Shown: one piece after another, positions 48,868 through 51,056 of the stretch | How positions within the stretch are numbered: the stretch's first letter is position 1 | Layout: each line of letters opens with the position of its first letter | Assembly (NCBI GenBank): GCA_031281995.1 | Contig: JAITEQ010000011.1 | Span: 1 to 51,056 of the forward strand | Length of the DNA stretch: 51,056 bases | Source of the DNA: Candidatus Endomicrobiellum africanum | Lineage (GTDB): Bacteria; Elusimicrobiota; Endomicrobiia; Endomicrobiales; Endomicrobiaceae | Direction: 5' to 3' | Position numbers and translations under genes: made by a program | The notes under the pieces: generated by a model | Told to the model about the DNA's origin: nothing | Databases searched by the model: none | What the model saw: the letters and a program-made list of their open reading frames with translations, nothing else

Positions 48868-49469
48868 ATAAAATATCTTATGTTTTTGAAGATAAATTGT
48901 ACTTGAATATAACAAATAAGTGTATGATGTCCTGTCCTTATTGCATAAAGCATAAATGGGAAAATATATTCTGTGGTAACGATTTGAAGCTAAATAAAGA
49001 GCCTAATGTAAAAGAAATTATAAGTTCAATTGATGACCCTAAAAAATATAACGAAATAATTTTTTGTGGGTATGGAGACTGTTTAGTTAAGCCAGATATT
49101 GTAAAAGAAGTTGCAAAATGGTTGAAAGGTCAAGGTGTAAGAAGTGTAAGGGTCAATACCGCAGGACTTGCAAACTATTATCACGGTAAAAATATTTTAA
49201 AAGACTTAGAAGGTTTAGTTGATGTTATTTCAATAAGTTTAAATGGGTCTGATCCTAAAGAACATAATGATATAAACAAACCAATGTTTAAAGAAAAATC
49301 TTTTGATGAAATATTAAATTTTATTTTGGAAGCAAAAAAGTATGTGCCAGAAGTTATTATAACTGCTGTAAGATTTCCTAATTTTGATGTCTCAAAAGTG
49401 AAAGATTTAGCAAAAAAACTTGGCGTTAAGTTTAGGGCGCGCCCTTACTTAAACGAAAATGAAAAATAA
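48864..49469 (+). CDS. TatD-associated radical SAM protein
   Basis: YLNITNKCMMSCPYC, EIIFCGYG, ISISLN; overlaps tatD. Confidence 0.85.
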   Translation: MNKISYVFEDKLYLNITNKCMMSCPYCIKHKWENIFCGNDLKLNKEPNVKEIISSIDDPKKYNEIIFCGYGDCLVKPDIVKEVAKWLKGQGVRSVRVNTAGLANYYHGKNILKDLEGLVDVISISLNGSDPKEHNDINKPMFKEKSFDEILNFILEAKKYVPEVIITAVRFPNFDVSKVKDLAKKLGVKFRARPYLNENEK

Positions 49470-50292
49470 AGCTATTTTAAAAATTTTGAATCTTAGTTTT
49501 GTGGCACTACTTTTTTTTGTGCTACAAAAATTTTTGTTTACAGTTTTTTTGTATAGACAAAAAGCTTATATAAGTGTAGACAATAAAATTTACCAAGTTG
49601 TTCCCTATAAAAGCATACCATTGAAAGATATTTTAGCTAAAAACAATATTGTACTTAACAAAGATGATATAATTTCTTACAATGTAGAAAAACCAATTAA
49701 ACCTCTCTTAAAAATAAAAATTGTTCGTGTTGCAAAAGAGCAAAAACAAGTAAAAGAAAAAGTACCATTTAGAGTGATTTGGAAAAGACAGTACAATTCA
49801 AACTTAAGAAATGTCGAATTGCAAAAAGGTGTGCAAAAAGACATTAAAAAGACAATAAATCAAGTTTTTTATGATAATATTTTTCATAATGAAGAAATTG
49901 TAGATGAGAAAATTTTGTCAAAAGAATATTATAGAGTGGTATTGTTATCTTCATCTAATAATATAGAAAAATTTTATGATTTACCTAAATTGAAAAGAAT
50001 TGAAGTTATAGCAACTGCGTACTATCCAGGCGATCCTCTTGCTTGGGGAGATGGTAGTGTAACAGTTTTAGGACAAAAAATGCAAAGAGGAATAGTAGCT
50101 GTTGACCCCAAAGTAATACCTTTAAAAACGAGACTTTTTATATCTGGGTATGGGTATGGGTATGCGGGAGATACAGGCAATCTTATAAAAGGTAAACGTA
50201 TAGATTTAGGTGTAAACAATGAAAAAGAAGAAAAAGCTTGGATGTTTAGGAAAGTTACGGTATATATACTTGAAGAATCAACAACTTATTGA
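49459..50292 (+). CDS. YabE-like cell-wall protein with G5-like and 3D domains
   Basis: N-terminal anchor; ATAY, VAVDPKVIPL, AGDTG, RIDL. Confidence 0.82.
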   Translation: MKNKAILKILNLSFVALLFFVLQKFLFTVFLYRQKAYISVDNKIYQVVPYKSIPLKDILAKNNIVLNKDDIISYNVEKPIKPLLKIKIVRVAKEQKQVKEKVPFRVIWKRQYNSNLRNVELQKGVQKDIKKTINQVFYDNIFHNEEIVDEKILSKEYYRVVLLSSSNNIEKFYDLPKLKRIEVIATAYYPGDPLAWGDGSVTVLGQKMQRGIVAVDPKVIPLKTRLFISGYGYGYAGDTGNLIKGKRIDLGVNNEKEEKAWMFRKVTVYILEESTTY

Positions 50293-50312
50293 TATTTTGT
50301 CTATATTTTATG

Positions 50313-50397
50313 TGCCGAGGGTGGGACTTGAACCCACACGCCGCCAAAGCGACTCGAGATTTTGAGTCTCGCGTGTCTGCCATTCCACCACCTCGGC
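50313..50397 (-). tRNA. tRNA-Leu(CAA)
   Basis: Reverse complement GCCGAGG...CGAGA-CTCAAAA-TCTCG, long variable arm, GTTCAAG, CCTCGGCA. Confidence 0.97.
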
Positions 50398-50431
50398 TTT
50401 TAAGAAAGCGTTTGTTTTAGAAAGTCTGCTT

Positions 50432-50460
50432 ATTCTATAATAAAACAGTTTGTAAGTCAA
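50432..50460 (-). promoter_or_regulatory. tRNA-Leu promoter
   Basis: Minus strand TTGACT, 17 bp, TAGAAT. Confidence 0.75.
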
Positions 50461-50575
50461 ATTTTTTAAGACGATATAGGTGTGATAATTAAAATTCAAA
50501 CACATAATAGATTTACAGACACTTGACATAGAAACAGTTAATTTGGTCTAGTTTAGAACCTTACCTACGTTACTA

Positions 50576-50798
50576 GAGCAATCGCAAATAAACATTTAAT
50601 CAAATTAGCAAACTAGCAAAATGAAAAGACAAGAAAGACATAAATGAATTTTGCTTCAAACAGTGCTAATTTGAAATATTAAAAGTTTGTTGCTCATAGA
50701 ACGCTCTTTAAGGTAACTCCGATAAGATATTAAACTAGATCAAAGTAAATTTTTATATCTTAAGGAGTTGCTTTAAAAGCAATTTGTGAGATAAAAAC
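50576..50798 (+). ncRNA. Candidate structured RNA: two tandem long hairpins, family not recognised
   Basis: Multi-helix inverted repeats with G-U pairs on the + strand; see findings. Confidence 0.4.
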
Positions 50799-50878
50799 AT
50801 TAAACATTAAAGTTGTTATAAGTATTAACTAATACAATATAAATTAATGAGTAGTAATTAAGCGTTTGGAGAATATTT

Positions 50879-51056
50879 GTGAGTTTAAGAGTTATTGCAG
50901 GCACAGCCAGAGGGAGATTTCTAAAAACACTTCCTCAAGATGATTTGTCTATACGTCCAATGCTTGGCAGGATAAAAAAGTCTGTTTTTGACATCATACA
51001 GTTTAAAATTCCAAACGCCACTTTTTTAGACTTGTTTGCAGGTGTAGGTTCTGTTG
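50879..51056 (+). CDS. rsmD: 16S rRNA m2G966 methyltransferase RsmD (5' part only)
   Basis: GTG start with GGAG RBS: MSLRVIAGTARGRFLKT...IRP...FLDLFAGVGSV. Confidence 0.9.
   Translation, partial: MSLRVIAGTARGRFLKTLPQDDLSIRPMLGRIKKSVFDIIQFKIPNATFLDLFAGVGSV

Noticed and set aside
227-50219. Many 60-140 aa antisense or alternate-frame ORFs in the track (e.g. 12429-12845, 14626-15036, 25259-25687, 42735-43109)
   Set aside because: They overlap well-supported genes and show no recognisable motifs; shadow ORFs
50308-50529. 73-aa minus-strand ORF
   Set aside because: Runs through tRNA-Leu and its promoter
50605-50650. c-di-GMP-I riboswitch suggested by TAGCAAACTAG
   Set aside because: The required GAAA-capped stem and following GACGCAAA segment are absent
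50584-50798. Integron attC sites, 6S RNA, SRP RNA or IS110 bridge RNA as explanation for the hairpins
   Set aside because: No integrase, recombinase or cassette ORFs; ends do not fit RYYYAAC/GTTRRRY; not a single rod with central bubble; no SRP tetraloop motif. Not formally excluded without a covariance search

Overview
AT-rich bacterial chromosome segment using the standard genetic code, with almost all genes on the + strand. It is most likely from an Endomicrobium/Elusimicrobiota-type organism; this is an inference from the archaeal-type DnaK, outer-membrane genes and scattered recent pseudogenes. Housekeeping content, in order: tonB-exbB-exbD; CIRCE-hrcA-grpE-dnaK-dnaJ; thrC, cinA, Nudix, YccA-like, engB, dCMP deaminase; an OprB-type porin; rpsB-tsf-pyrH-frr-ferredoxin-uppS-cdsA-dxr-rseP-ispG-greA-proS; NCS2 permease-lpd-gcvT; tRNA-Thr; smpB; addAB-like; tmk-holB-PSP1-metG-tatD-radical SAM-3D protein; tRNA-Leu; start of rsmD. 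Accessory content: vapBC, a Fic pseudogene between 12-bp direct repeats, a secretin plus Tad-like pilin cluster (one gene with a nonsense codon), a kinase-receiver-kinase trio, an AAA/DUF4143-type gene and a decayed VOC-like gene. The most unusual observations are an unannotated pair of long G-U-containing hairpins between tRNA-Leu and rsmD (candidate structured RNA), the archaeal-type DnaK inside a bacterial HrcA/CIRCE operon, and the secretin lacking N domains. No CRISPR array, integrase, transposase or rRNA was seen. All family calls come from motif recognition, not database searches.
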